Source of the DNA: Gemmatimonadota bacterium
GTDB taxonomy: Bacteria > Gemmatimonadota > Gemmatimonadetes > Gemmatimonadales > GWC2-71-9
DNA: 64,000 nucleotides
Assembly (NCBI GenBank): GCA_003223395.1
Contig: QHUZ01000036.1
Location: 627-64,626, forward strand
Reading direction: 5' to 3'
Shown here: positions 54,686 through 64,000 of the stretch, in pieces
Layout: each line of letters starts with the position of its first letter
Position numbering within the stretch: position 1 is the first letter of the stretch
Notes under the pieces: generated by a model
Told to the model about the DNA's origin: nothing
The model's database searches: none
The model's input: the letters and a program-made list of their open reading frames with translations, nothing else
Made by a program: the position numbers and the translations under genes

Positions 54686-55163
54686 GGTAGCTCGCTGACT
54701 GGCCGAAGTTCTCCTCCACCTCCACCTCGATCGCTGTGAGGTGCACGGAGCCGAGCTCGGCGCGGACGCGGCCGGCGAGATACTGCGACAGCATCTCGAC
54801 GGTCGTATTCGGGATGGGCAGGATCACGCAATCGCGTGCGGGGAAGACGTAGCGGGGCTGGCCATCAAATGCCACGCGCACGCTGCCGTTCTCCTCGACG
54901 ATCGTGAGCTTGGGATTGTCGCGCGGCAAGAGGACGCGGTGATCGAGCTCGTCGGTGAGGCGCCGCATCAACTTCTTCACGGCGGCAAAATCGAGGACAA
55001 ACCAGCTGTCCTTCTCGAGCCCGCCCTCCACAATGACGCCGGCGCGATAGTTATGGCCGTGCAGCGTTTCGCAGCGGTGGCCGGCGAAGGTAATGAAATG
55101 CGCCGCCGCGAAGACGAGGTCTTCCTTGGTGATCGCTACCTTGAATTCGCCGCGCGTCGCCAT
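54669..55163 (-). CDS. 6-pyruvoyl-tetrahydropterin synthase / QueD family protein
   Basis: FAAAHFI...CETLHGHNY, i.e. the Cx3HGH motif. Confidence 0.8.
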   Translation of the reverse strand: MATRGEFKVAITKEDLVFAAAHFITFAGHRCETLHGHNYRAGVIVEGGLEKDSWFVLDFAAVKKLMRRLTDELDHRVLLPRDNPKLTIVEENGSVRVAFDGQPRYVFPARDCVILPIPNTTVEMLSQYLAGRVRAELGSVHLTAIEVEVEENFGQSASYRETLD

Positions 55164-55172
55164 TCCGGTAAT

Positions 55173-55403
55173 CTACTCGGGCGGACTCGCCTCGCCTGTC
55201 GACAGCCGCCACACCTCATCCGCCAGCCATTCCAGCCGCTGCTGGGCATAGTCGAGTTCCGCCGGCGTCATGGTCTTGGCGCGCCGAGCGATTTCCCGCG
55301 TATGGCTGAGGAGTTCGTCCAGGACCTCCCGCAGCGGCCGATTGTGGCGGCGCTCCGGGACACGCGACATCGGGGAAGCGGGCTTCTTGCCGCGGGGGCT
55401 CAC
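55173..55403 (-). CDS. hypothetical small protein (76 aa)
   Basis: 4-nt overlap with the upstream DUF2268-like gene. No recognisable domain. Confidence 0.45.
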   Translation of the reverse strand: MSPRGKKPASPMSRVPERRHNRPLREVLDELLSHTREIARRAKTMTPAELDYAQQRLEWLADEVWRLSTGEASPPE

Positions 55404-56350
55404 GCCGTTTGGATACCCGAGGCCCGATCATCTGCCTGCCGCAGCTCTTCGACCGCGGCCCGTACCGTGGACGGGGCGCCATGCTCGGCGAAGTAATTCT
55501 CGACCAGGCGGAGACCGAGGTAATAGCCGGAGCGCTCGGGGAGCACCTTCCCTGCCAGCAGCCGGGCCGCCGGGCTCATGCCGCCGGACAGGTAGCGCAG
55601 CCGCAGACCCAGGCCCGTCGAGTCGAGGTCGGTGGCGGACGCCCGCCGCAGGAAGGCGTCGAGCTCGCGCAGCCGGCGGTATTGGCGGCGGTTGTAACCG
55701 AAGTACTCCCACGGCTCGAAGCCGGGCGCGACCGCCTGGGATGCGGCGATCGCGGCGCCCTCGTTGACGACGAGCTCGCGCAACGTCGCGCGCGAGCCGA
55801 TTTCCCAGCTGTCGTAGTACCCGCCTCCACCCAACTCCCCGACGAGACGGCGCATCGCGGCGCGGCTCGAGGGAGAGGTGTACCGCAGCGCGTGGGCGAC
55901 TTCATGCGCGATCCACAGCGGCAGCAGCTCGGGCGCGAGCCCCATGCCGTACGTCTGCGCGTTGGCGCGACCGGTGAAATGCTCCAGGCAGACGAACGCG
56001 ATGCCGCGCCCGCCCACCACCAGCTCGCCGGCATTGGCGGCGCCGACGCCGACCATGAGGTAGAGGTCCACCGGACAATCGGCCTCGAGCATGTCGGTCG
56101 CGCGGCGCAGCGCGTCTTCGGCCACGGCGACCACATCCACGTCTTCGAGCAAACGTTTGAGATCGGCGCGCTCCGCACGCAGCGCCGTCGCGATGATCGG
56201 CTCGGCGTGGGGCGACTCCGGATCGAGCACATAATTCTGCCAATACGCGCTCAACACGGGACGATGGCGATCGAGATACTCGTGGTACGCCGCGGAGGGA
56301 TCTGGCGCGGCCAGCGTTGCGAGGAACTCCGGAACGAGATTGACGAGCAT
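55400..56350 (-). CDS. DUF2268-like putative zinc-dependent protease
   Basis: HEVAH motif (WIAHEVAHALRY). Confidence 0.65.
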   Translation of the reverse strand: MLVNLVPEFLATLAAPDPSAAYHEYLDRHRPVLSAYWQNYVLDPESPHAEPIIATALRAERADLKRLLEDVDVVAVAEDALRRATDMLEADCPVDLYLMVGVGAANAGELVVGGRGIAFVCLEHFTGRANAQTYGMGLAPELLPLWIAHEVAHALRYTSPSSRAAMRRLVGELGGGGYYDSWEIGSRATLRELVVNEGAAIAASQAVAPGFEPWEYFGYNRRQYRRLRELDAFLRRASATDLDSTGLGLRLRYLSGGMSPAARLLAGKVLPERSGYYLGLRLVENYFAEHGAPSTVRAAVEELRQADDRASGIQTA

Positions 56351-56425
56351 TGCGCTGGTTGCCGCCCAATTTGGGAAGGCACTCAGCGGATATCAATGTC
56401 GCCTGTTATCGACTCTGACTTGACA

Positions 56426-57277
56426 CTACGCCTTTGGTGGCGTACGCAACCGGCGGCTGATTTCGGTGAGAAACTTGCGCTCGGCCGGTGTCAGACTGTC
56501 GACGCCGCTCGCGATGATCTTGTCGAGCACGCGATCGATCTCGGCGTTGGCGCGGGCGTCGGGGTTACTGCGCGATTTCGGCGCTCGAGCGGAGGGAGGG
56601 ATCGCCCCGCTGCGGCTGACACGCGGCGGCTGCGACACCAGCACACTCGATTCCGACCGTTGCCGCCCACTCCGCTCGCCGCGTGTCGCGCGCCAGTCCT
56701 GCCCTTTCAGAAAGAGCAGCGCAGTACCCACACCGCCGAGGTGGGCGAGGTGCGCGATGCCGTCAGTCACACCGAGCAGCGCGATCACGAGATCGAGCCC
56801 GACCAGGAACGTGACGAGCCATTTCGCCGGAATCGGATCCGGCAGCGGAAAGACGAACAGCGGATGATCGGGCCAGTACCAGGCGAACGCCACGGCGACG
56901 CCCAACACGGCGCCCGATGCGCCGAGTACCTGCGGGACCACCACGGCCTGCGTCAGTGGGAACGACGCGACCGCGCCACCGAGGCCGCACAGCAGGTAGA
57001 AGAGAATAAACAGTCGGCCGCCCATGTGTTCTTCCACGGATGAGCCGAACACGAACAGCATGAGCATGTTGAACGCGAGGTGCAGAATCCCCGCGTGCAT
57101 GAACATGTACGTGATGAACGTCCAGGGTTGCTTCCAGGCGTCCAGGGGAGCAAACGCCAGTGCCTTCGTGAGCGTCCCGTCGACGAACAGCGTGTTCTGG
57201 ACGAGAAACACGAGTAGGTTGGCGACGAGCAGTCGCCTCACCCATGGAGTCAAACCGTACATCCGCTGCGGGCCCAT
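56426..57277 (-). CDS. rhomboid family intramembrane serine protease
   Basis: GASGAVLGV (catalytic Ser) and AHLAHLGG (catalytic His). Multi-TM. Confidence 0.85.
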   Translation of the reverse strand: MGPQRMYGLTPWVRRLLVANLLVFLVQNTLFVDGTLTKALAFAPLDAWKQPWTFITYMFMHAGILHLAFNMLMLFVFGSSVEEHMGGRLFILFYLLCGLGGAVASFPLTQAVVVPQVLGASGAVLGVAVAFAWYWPDHPLFVFPLPDPIPAKWLVTFLVGLDLVIALLGVTDGIAHLAHLGGVGTALLFLKGQDWRATRGERSGRQRSESSVLVSQPPRVSRSGAIPPSARAPKSRSNPDARANAEIDRVLDKIIASGVDSLTPAERKFLTEISRRLRTPPKA

Positions 57278-57324
57278 CGATTCTCCTACGTGTCCTTTAG
57301 GGCGTCTGGTTTTAATCCCCCCTA

Positions 57325-58332
57325 TCAGGCCCTGTTGTTCCGGGCCAGGCTTGCGATACGGTCACACAGCTCGGGAAAGGGGATCCCCGCCGCCTGCGCG
57401 GCCTGAGGGAACAGACTTGTGCGGGTCATTCCCGGCAGGGAGTTCGCTTCAAGACAGAAGATGTCCCCCTCGGGACTCACCCGGAAGTCGATCCGTGAGT
57501 AGCCGCTGAGCTTCAAAGCGCGGTGCGCCATCAGCGCATACTCCTGCAATTGTCGGGCTAGCATCGTATCGATCTTCGCGGGGAAGGTCTCTTCCGACAT
57601 TCCGGGTGTGTATTTCGTCACATAGTCGAACAACTCGTGCTTGGAAACGATCTCGCCGACAGGCAGCGGCACGTCTCCCAGGATGCCTACCGTCAGCTCA
57701 CGACCCGCAATGAACTGTTCAGCCATCACCTCATCGTCATAGCGTTCCGCCAGTTTGACCGCATTGTCCAAGTCCTGGGCTTTCTTGACCAGGGTCAGTC
57801 CAACGGACGAGCCCTGCTTGGACGGTTTGACGATCACCGGCCACCCGAGCGCAGTGGTCACGTCTTCCGCCCCAACCGGGGCCATGAACCAGGCGGGCAC
57901 CGGCACACCAGCCGCGCGGAACAACCGTTTGGACAGGTCCTTGTCCATCGCCAGCGCGCTGGCGAGCGGTCCGCTGCCCGTATACGGCACCCCGATCACG
58001 TCGAGCACGGCTTGCAGGGTGCCGCCTTCCAGGGCGCCACCGTGCACCGCGAGGAAGAGCACCTCGGCATTCCGCACCGCCTCGAGCTCACCAAGCTGCT
58101 CCGACAGCATCCGCCGCTCGCGTTCGGCCAAGGCGTCCACGCTCGGCGGTGTGAGGCCGACGTCGCCACCGAGCAGCTCACGCTCGCCGCGCTCGTCCAG
58201 GGGGCCGCCGGCGAGGTCTACGACCTGGACGTCGTGCTTGCGGCTGCGGAGCGCGGCGACGATCTGGGAGGCGCTTGCGAATGCGACGGCGCGCTCCGCC
58301 GTGGCGCCACCGGTGAGCACCGCGATTCGCAT
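57325..58332 (-). CDS. ddl: D-alanine--D-alanine ligase
   Basis: ATP-grasp pattern with FLAVHGGALEGGTLQ, VIVKPSKQGSSVG and LEANSLPGMT. Confidence 0.95.
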   Translation of the reverse strand: MRIAVLTGGATAERAVAFASASQIVAALRSRKHDVQVVDLAGGPLDERGERELLGGDVGLTPPSVDALAERERRMLSEQLGELEAVRNAEVLFLAVHGGALEGGTLQAVLDVIGVPYTGSGPLASALAMDKDLSKRLFRAAGVPVPAWFMAPVGAEDVTTALGWPVIVKPSKQGSSVGLTLVKKAQDLDNAVKLAERYDDEVMAEQFIAGRELTVGILGDVPLPVGEIVSKHELFDYVTKYTPGMSEETFPAKIDTMLARQLQEYALMAHRALKLSGYSRIDFRVSPEGDIFCLEANSLPGMTRTSLFPQAAQAAGIPFPELCDRIASLARNNRA

Positions 58333-59717
58333 CAGCGGATGCCCGCCAGCTGGTGCAGCAGATCGTAGCGCGTGACGATGCCCATGACCTTGCCGTTGCG
58401 TCGCACCAGCGCGGCCGGCGTCGTGCGCGACAGCAGGGTGGTGAGCAGCGCGACGGGCGACTCGCTGTCTACGACCGGAAACGGCGGGTCCATGACGTCC
58501 CGTATCGCGCTGTCGAGAATCTTCGGCTGGCCGATCGCGCGGGCCATCAGCGCCTGCTCGGAAATGGCGCCCACGCCGTCAGCGCCGTCCAGCACGGGCA
58601 GCTGGGACACGTTGTAAGTCGACATGAGATTGAGCGCCTGGCGCACGGACGCCTCGGGCGCCACATGGATCAGCGCCGGCGCGTCGCCCGTCTTAGCGGC
58701 CACGAGCCGGCCCACCGTCAGCCGCTCGTCGTCGATCAACTGGTTCTCGCGCAGCCATTCCTCGTTGTAGACCTTGCTGAGGTACCGCTCGCCGGTATCC
58801 GCGAGCACGGTGACGACGAGCGCCTTGGGATCGTCGATCTGGCGCGCTACGTCCAGCGCCGCGACGACATTGACGCCCGTCGATCCGCCCACGAACAGCC
58901 CCTCTTCCCTGGACAGGCGGCGTGCCATCTGCATCGCGTCCTTGTCGCTCACGACCACCCATTCGTCGATGACGTCCCAGTGCAGCGACGTCGGAATCTT
59001 GTCGCCGCCGATACCTTCGACTTTGTATGGCGCCCCATCGTGCTGCTGGCGGGTCTTCGCGTAGTCCGTATAGATCGATCCGACGGGATCGCCCGCGACG
59101 ACACGAATCTTGGGGTTCTGCTCTTTCAGGTATTTCCCGGCGCCGCTCACGGTACCACCGGTACCCGGTGCGCAGACGAAATGCGTGACCTTGCCCTCGG
59201 TCTGCTCCCAGATCTCCGGTCCCGTCGTGTGATAGTGCACGTCGGGGTTCACCGGGTTGTAGTGCTGGTCGGCGAAAATCGCGTTCTCGTGCGCCGCCGC
59301 GATGGCGCGGCCTTTCATGATGTAGTTGTCGGGGTGGTCGGGCGGCACGGCGGTGGGGGTGATGATGACCTCGGCACCAAGGGCGCGCAGCAGCCGAGCC
59401 TTCTCCTGCGACATCTTGTCCGGCATGGTGAAGATGCAGCGGTAGCCTTTCACCGCCGCCGCGAGCGCCAACCCCACGCCGGTATTGCCCGACGTCGCTT
59501 CGACGATCAAACCGCCGGGCTTGAGTTTCCCCGCGCGCTCCGCCGCCTCGATCATCGCCAGTCCGATGCGGTCCTTGACCGACCCACCGGGATTGAAGAA
59601 CTCCGCCTTCGCAAATACCGGCGTGCGGATCCCGCGCGCGACCTTGTTGATCCGGATCAGTGGGGTCCAGCCGATCGTCTCGAGGACGTTGGCGTACGGC
59701 TTAATGTGCTGTGGCAC
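58332..59717 (-). CDS. cystathionine beta-synthase (PLP domain + tandem CBS domains)
   Basis: Motifs NPGGSVKDR, SGNTG and GTGGT, with a C-terminal CBS pair. Confidence 0.9.
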   Translation of the reverse strand: MPQHIKPYANVLETIGWTPLIRINKVARGIRTPVFAKAEFFNPGGSVKDRIGLAMIEAAERAGKLKPGGLIVEATSGNTGVGLALAAAVKGYRCIFTMPDKMSQEKARLLRALGAEVIITPTAVPPDHPDNYIMKGRAIAAAHENAIFADQHYNPVNPDVHYHTTGPEIWEQTEGKVTHFVCAPGTGGTVSGAGKYLKEQNPKIRVVAGDPVGSIYTDYAKTRQQHDGAPYKVEGIGGDKIPTSLHWDVIDEWVVVSDKDAMQMARRLSREEGLFVGGSTGVNVVAALDVARQIDDPKALVVTVLADTGERYLSKVYNEEWLRENQLIDDERLTVGRLVAAKTGDAPALIHVAPEASVRQALNLMSTYNVSQLPVLDGADGVGAISEQALMARAIGQPKILDSAIRDVMDPPFPVVDSESPVALLTTLLSRTTPAALVRRNGKVMGIVTRYDLLHQLAGIR

Positions 59718-60306
59718 TCGTGTCCGGGCGCGCCTTGGTGGTATCCGCAGGTGGATGGGTGGTATCGGCTGGCGCGGGGCGAACCCGAGTCGTATCTGCC
59801 CGCGTGGTGTCGGGCTGGACGACCGGCGGACGGGGTCTGGGTCTCGCGGGTGGCGCGGGGGGCGGCGTCGGCGCGAGGGTCGGTGGCAGCGTCACGGTGC
59901 CCGTGCGCGTCGTACCCACCTGGCGGAATTCCACGGGCTGCAGGAACGCGGTCGCCACCGCGACGCCGTGCCGCTTCGCTGGCGCAAACCGCAGCGCCGT
60001 CGAGCCGGCGAGCGCGGCTGAGTCGAGCACCGGATAGCCGCTCGGTTCCGCAACACGCGTGGATTCCGGGATGAGCTTGCCGGTGGAATCGACGAACAGC
60101 CGCAGCGTCACGTCGCCTTCGACTTTCCGATCGAACAGCGCCGCCGGATACGCGATTGGGGCGTCGGGATTGAGCGCGACCGGCGCTTCCGACTCGGGTG
60201 GCGGCGCGGCCTGGCTCGTCTGCCCATCGGGCTGCCGCGATCCGCCGCGGCAGGCCGTCAGTCCGAACGCCACGAGCAACAGCGATCGCACGTCAGGAGC
60301 CTCCAT
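59701..60306 (-). CDS. TonB C-terminal-domain lipoprotein with Pro-rich ADTT-repeat tail
   Basis: Lipobox FGLTAC. YPAALFDRKVEGDVTLRLFVDSTGK...VLDSAALAGSTALRFAPA. Tail is PPPAPPARPRPRPP...ADTTR/H/K repeats. Confidence 0.7.
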   Translation of the reverse strand: MEAPDVRSLLLVAFGLTACRGGSRQPDGQTSQAAPPPESEAPVALNPDAPIAYPAALFDRKVEGDVTLRLFVDSTGKLIPESTRVAEPSGYPVLDSAALAGSTALRFAPAKRHGVAVATAFLQPVEFRQVGTTRTGTVTLPPTLAPTPPPAPPARPRPRPPVVQPDTTRADTTRVRPAPADTTHPPADTTKARPDTSATAH

Positions 60307-62902
60307 CTTTGCGGCGCTTTTGCCACGTCGCGAGCCGATTCAGGGCGTCGAGCGGCGACAGCGAGTTGACGTCGAGGCCGTCGAGCTCAAGAAGCAGGGG
60401 ATCGGGGCTCGGGGTTGGGGCCTGGCCGAATAACCCGAGCTGACTCGCATCGAGTGGTGCGGGAGCCGGTTGCTTTGCGACATGATGCCCGGCTTCGAGC
60501 AGCTTGAGCACCTGCCACGCTCGCGTGACGACCGGGGCGGGCAGCCCCGCGAGCCGGCCGACGTGAATTCCATAGGAGCGGTCGGCGCCGCCCGGCTCGA
60601 GCCGGTGCAGGAATACGATTTCCTCGCCGACCTCACGCACCGCGACGTTGAAGTTGCGGACGTGCTCGAGCTCCTCGGTGAGCTGGGTCAGCTCGTGATA
60701 GTGAGTCGCAAAGATCGTTTTGCATCCGATGCTGTTGTGCAGGCATTCGGTGACGGCCCACGCGATCGCCACGCCGTCGTAGGTCGACGTGCCACGGCCG
60801 ATCTCATCGAGCAGCACCAGGCTGCGCGCGGTCGCCGCATGCAGGATCGCGCTCGTCTCGCTCATCTCGACCATGAACGTCGATTGGCCGCGCACCAGGT
60901 TGTCGGACGCGCCGACCCGGGTGAAGAGGCGATCGACGACGCCGATGCTGGCGCGGCGGCAGGGGACGAACGAACCGATCTGCGCGAGCACGACGCAGAG
61001 GCCAACCTGGCGGAGCAGCGTGGACTTTCCGGCCATGTTGGGCCCGGTGAGCAGCACGACGCGGCCCGCCTCGTCGAGCGTCACGTCGTTGGGAATGAAC
61101 GCCTCGCGCGCCATCATCCGCTCCACGACCGGATGCCGGCTGCCCTCGAGCTGCAGCGCGAAGTCGCTCGTCACCTCCGGCCGCACGTACCGCTCGCGCT
61201 CGGCGACGTCGGCCAGTGCGGCCCATGCGTCGAGCCGAGCCAGGAGACTTGCCGTCGTCTGGACGCGGGTGACGACGCCCGCGACGCGCCGCCGCAGCTG
61301 GTCCAACACGTCTGCCTCACGCGCGGCGATGCGCTCCTCGGCGCCGAGGACTTTGGCTTCGTACTCTTTCAAGTCGGGCGTGACGTAGCGCTCTGCACCG
61401 GTCAGGGTCTGGCGCCGCTCGTAATCGGGCGGGATGCGGTCGCGATGGGTGTGGGTGACCTCGATGTAATACCCGAAGACTTTGTTGAATCCGACCTTGA
61501 GCGACGCAATGCCGGTGCGCTCCCGCTCGCGCGCCTGCAGCTGGGCGATGTACTGCTTGCCGCCGTCGCGTGTCGCCTTCAGATCGTCGAGATCGCGGTC
61601 ATATCCGGGTTTGATCGCATCCCCGTCATCGAGCTGCGCCGGCGGGTGTTCGACGAGCGCGCGCGACAGCTCCTCGCCGATGTCGGTGAGCAGGTCGAGC
61701 TCGTGCGCCGTCGCTTCGAGCAAGGCAGAGCGCTCGCGGCCGTCGAACCCGTCGACTGCCCCGGCAACGTCTGGCAGCCGCAGGATCGAGTCGCGGAGCG
61801 CGCCCATCTCGCGCGGCGTCGCCCGGCCCAGGGCTGCCCGTCCCGCCAGCCGCTCGAGATCGCGCACCCCGTCGAGTGCCTCGCGCAGGCGCGCGCGGCC
61901 GCGGCCATCGCCGACGAGCACCTGGACGGCGTCGAGTCGCGCGTTGATCGCGGCGGGGTCCACCAGCGGCGCCAACAGCCAGCGGCGCAGCAACCGGCCG
62001 CCCATCGGGGTCAGCGTGCGATCGATGACGCCCAGCAGCGTCGCGGCGTCGGCGTCTGCGCCGCCTCCGGAACGCAGCGGCTCGACGAGCTCGAGATTGC
62101 GGCGCGTCATCTCGTCGAGCGGCAGCACGTCGCCGCGCCGCACGATCGTGGGGTGTGCCAGGTGCGGCAGGCCGCCCGGCTTCAGCTCGCGCGCGTAGCG
62201 CAGCAGCGCGCCGGCGGCGCCGATCGCCGGGCCGTCGTCGACACCAACGCCCAGCCCATCCAGCGAGGCGATGCCGTACGTGCGCGTCAGATCTTCACGC
62301 GCGAGCTCGGGGTCGAATTCCCACGCTTCGCGCACCGTGACCGTCGCCCGCGGCGAGGTAACCGCTGTTTCCGCGGGCAACACGAGCTCTCGCGCCTCGT
62401 AGCGGGCGAGTGCGGTGTCGATCTCCGCAGTGGGTACGACTTCGAGAATCAGCTCGCCGGTGGTGATATCGAGGGTAGCGAGCCCCGCGACTGTGCCGCG
62501 GGGATCCACCGCCACAACGTAGTTATTGCGATTCCTCACGAGCCAGTCGTCGGTCAGCACCGTGCCGGGCGTGACCGTCTCGACCACCGCTCTGCGGACA
62601 ACGCCCTTGGCCAGTTTGGGATCTTCGATCTGCTCACAGATCGCGACGCGGTGGCCCTTGGCGATCAGCCGCCGCAGGTACTCCGTGGCGGCCTTCACGG
62701 GGACGCCTGCGAGTGGGATTTCTGCTGCGGCGCCGTTATTCCGCGAGGTAAGCGTCAGCCCCAGCTCGCGCGCGGCGAGCTTGGCATCGTCCTCGAACAT
62801 CTCGTAGAAGTCGCCCATCCGAAAAAACAGGATGGTCTGCGGGTGACGGGCTTTGATGTCACGATACTGCTGCATCAGTGGCGTTTCGGTCACTGCTGTC
62901 AC
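60293..62902 (-). CDS. mutS: DNA mismatch repair protein MutS
   Basis: 869 aa. TPLMQQY, GDFYEMF and Walker A GPNMAGKST. Confidence 0.97.
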   Translation of the reverse strand: MTAVTETPLMQQYRDIKARHPQTILFFRMGDFYEMFEDDAKLAARELGLTLTSRNNGAAAEIPLAGVPVKAATEYLRRLIAKGHRVAICEQIEDPKLAKGVVRRAVVETVTPGTVLTDDWLVRNRNNYVVAVDPRGTVAGLATLDITTGELILEVVPTAEIDTALARYEARELVLPAETAVTSPRATVTVREAWEFDPELAREDLTRTYGIASLDGLGVGVDDGPAIGAAGALLRYARELKPGGLPHLAHPTIVRRGDVLPLDEMTRRNLELVEPLRSGGGADADAATLLGVIDRTLTPMGGRLLRRWLLAPLVDPAAINARLDAVQVLVGDGRGRARLREALDGVRDLERLAGRAALGRATPREMGALRDSILRLPDVAGAVDGFDGRERSALLEATAHELDLLTDIGEELSRALVEHPPAQLDDGDAIKPGYDRDLDDLKATRDGGKQYIAQLQARERERTGIASLKVGFNKVFGYYIEVTHTHRDRIPPDYERRQTLTGAERYVTPDLKEYEAKVLGAEERIAAREADVLDQLRRRVAGVVTRVQTTASLLARLDAWAALADVAERERYVRPEVTSDFALQLEGSRHPVVERMMAREAFIPNDVTLDEAGRVVLLTGPNMAGKSTLLRQVGLCVVLAQIGSFVPCRRASIGVVDRLFTRVGASDNLVRGQSTFMVEMSETSAILHAATARSLVLLDEIGRGTSTYDGVAIAWAVTECLHNSIGCKTIFATHYHELTQLTEELEHVRNFNVAVREVGEEIVFLHRLEPGGADRSYGIHVGRLAGLPAPVVTRAWQVLKLLEAGHHVAKQPAPAPLDASQLGLFGQAPTPSPDPLLLELDGLDVNSLSPLDALNRLATWQKRRKDGGS

Positions 62903-63768
62903 GGCTCATCCACCACGAAGGGCTGCCCGCCGACCCTTTGCTTCAGGCGTGTCTGCGCGCGCTGCGCTTCCTCGCGCGTGGCGTAGCGGCCGACGCGGAC
63001 TTTGAAGAAGCCGGTCGAATCCCGCACGACGCGCGCTTCGAACCCCATCACCTTCAGGCGCGTGAGCATGTCATCGACTTGCGCGGCACTCTTCACGGCG
63101 AGCACCTGCACCGCGTAGGCGCGTGACGCCGCCGGAGGCTGAACCTTCGCGCCGGTATCAGTAGGTGGCGCCGTCGTTGTGTTGGTCGTTGTCGCAGTCG
63201 CCGGAGGGCTGCAGCGCGCCGCGTAGAAGCTGACCTGATTCTTGAATTCGACGTCGTCACCCGCGCCGTCCTGCGCTTGCCGGATCAGCTCACACCCGCG
63301 CGCCTCGTTTTTCAGCTCGAAGTACGCGCGGCCACCGTAGAAGCTCGCGCGCGGCCGCAGCGGCGAGTCCGGGTAATCACGATTCAATCGTTCGGCGGCC
63401 TGGACGGTTTGCGCGGGATCGTGTTGGGCGAAGTAGAGCTGCGTGAGCAGCAGGAGCGCGTCATCGGCCCACGGACCGGCGCCGTATTCCACGACGATGC
63501 GATTGAGATTGGAGGCCACCGTCGGCGCATCCGGCGCCATCTTCGCGGCCGCGAGGAGTGCTTGCGGAAACACCGAATCGCCGGGCGAGAGCGTCGCGAG
63601 CAACCGGCGCACGATGGCGCGGCCGGAATCGACCTGGCCCGACTGCGCCAAACGGAGCGCTTCGATGAGGCGAGCGTCTGTCTGGGCGGAAAGAGGGAAT
63701 GTTGGAATGATGGAAAGAAGTACGACAAACACTCCTACATTCCATCGTTCCATCATTCCGAGTTTCAA
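62899..63768 (-). CDS. SPOR domain protein with TPR-like N-terminal region
   Basis: C-terminal SPOR domain (YAVQVLAVKS...FKVRVGRYATREEAQRAQTRL). Confidence 0.8.
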   Translation of the reverse strand: MKLGMMERWNVGVFVVLLSIIPTFPLSAQTDARLIEALRLAQSGQVDSGRAIVRRLLATLSPGDSVFPQALLAAAKMAPDAPTVASNLNRIVVEYGAGPWADDALLLLTQLYFAQHDPAQTVQAAERLNRDYPDSPLRPRASFYGGRAYFELKNEARGCELIRQAQDGAGDDVEFKNQVSFYAARCSPPATATTTNTTTAPPTDTGAKVQPPAASRAYAVQVLAVKSAAQVDDMLTRLKVMGFEARVVRDSTGFFKVRVGRYATREEAQRAQTRLKQRVGGQPFVVDEP

Positions 63769-64000
63769 GCCGCCTCCCGATTCAGCTTCGCGAATCCCAG
63801 GACCAATTGCGTGATGATCCCTCGGTCGTCGCTCACGGTTGCCGTCTTCAATGCGTTATCGGCCGCGAGCGCGGCGCGGAGGGCCCGGCCCAGCTCACGG
63901 GTGGTCCAGAGTCCGCTCCACGCGGTCCAGCGAGCAGCTTCCTCTTTATAGCTGCGCATACCATACGGACGGACGCTCTGCATCTGCCGGTAGATCGTGT
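63765..64000 (-). CDS. C-terminal part of a gene running off the window end, possibly DNA polymerase III delta subunit
   Basis: The open frame continues to the window edge. The tail ...LGRALRAALAADNALKTATVSDDRGIITQLVLGF resembles a HolA C-terminus. Weak call. Confidence 0.35.
   Translation of the reverse strand, partial: TIYRQMQSVRPYGMRSYKEEAARWTAWSGLWTTRELGRALRAALAADNALKTATVSDDRGIITQLVLGFAKLNREAA

Noticed and set aside
60470-62986. 838-aa ORF antisense to mutS, and similarly 58353..60074 antisense to CBS, 26902..28836 antisense to the MCP, 50296..51816 antisense to yidC, 33537..34751 and 39953..41068
   Set aside because: These have no recognisable domains and Arg/Gly/Asp-rich composition, and each mirrors a confidently identified gene. 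Stop-codon scarcity in GC-rich DNA explains their length.
1-64000. Mobile elements, prophage, defence islands, toxin-antitoxin pairs, rRNA/tRNA genes
   Set aside because: I recognised no integrase, transposase, recombinase, phage structural, restriction/Cas or TA-like ORFs in any frame. The intergenic gaps are too short or already explained. I saw no tRNA-like cloverleaf or rRNA signature sequences.

Overview
High-GC (about two-thirds G+C by eye) bacterial chromosomal window with very tight gene packing. Many gene junctions are ATGA/GTGA start-stop overlaps, and the numerous long antisense or alternate-frame ORFs in the track are GC artefacts. The window covers the replication-origin neighbourhood: holA?-SPOR-mutS-tonB-like-CBS-ddl ... 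pabB | mnmE-yidC-yidD-rnpA-rpmH <> dnaA-dnaN. The AT-rich, repeat-dense dnaA-dnaN spacer is my best candidate for oriC. Other content: a histidine operon (hisG-C-B-HF-AIE-D) with two fusion genes, polA, cspA, RNase P RNA (rnpB), RNase D, pyrE, an MCP, an MMPL transporter, four Hanks-type Ser/Thr kinases (one decayed), several peptidases, and a block of uncharacterised secreted proteins and lipoproteins. The gene content (GWxTD protein, kinase-TPR proteins, type IV pilin) suggests a Gemmatimonadota/Acidobacteriota-like organism, but this cannot be proven from the window. I saw no rRNA, tRNA, CRISPR, transposase, integrase or phage genes. Most interesting observations: (1) an unannotated 18-codon leader ORF with 6 His codons, plus promoter, antiterminator and terminator, upstream of hisG, which reads as a classical ribosome-mediated attenuator; (2) a perfect 28-bp inverted repeat made of (GGACGGCC)3 inside yidC; (3) two tandem paralogous Cys-rich lipoproteins of unknown function flanked by kinases, one of which has lost its N-lobe; (4) a putative oriC with nested palindromes and (TAG)5; (5) mnmE, whose conserved N-terminus is encoded upstream of any in-frame ATG/GTG/TTG. 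All coordinates of small motifs were hand-indexed and anchored on ORF-track endpoints. Errors of 1-2 nt are possible.
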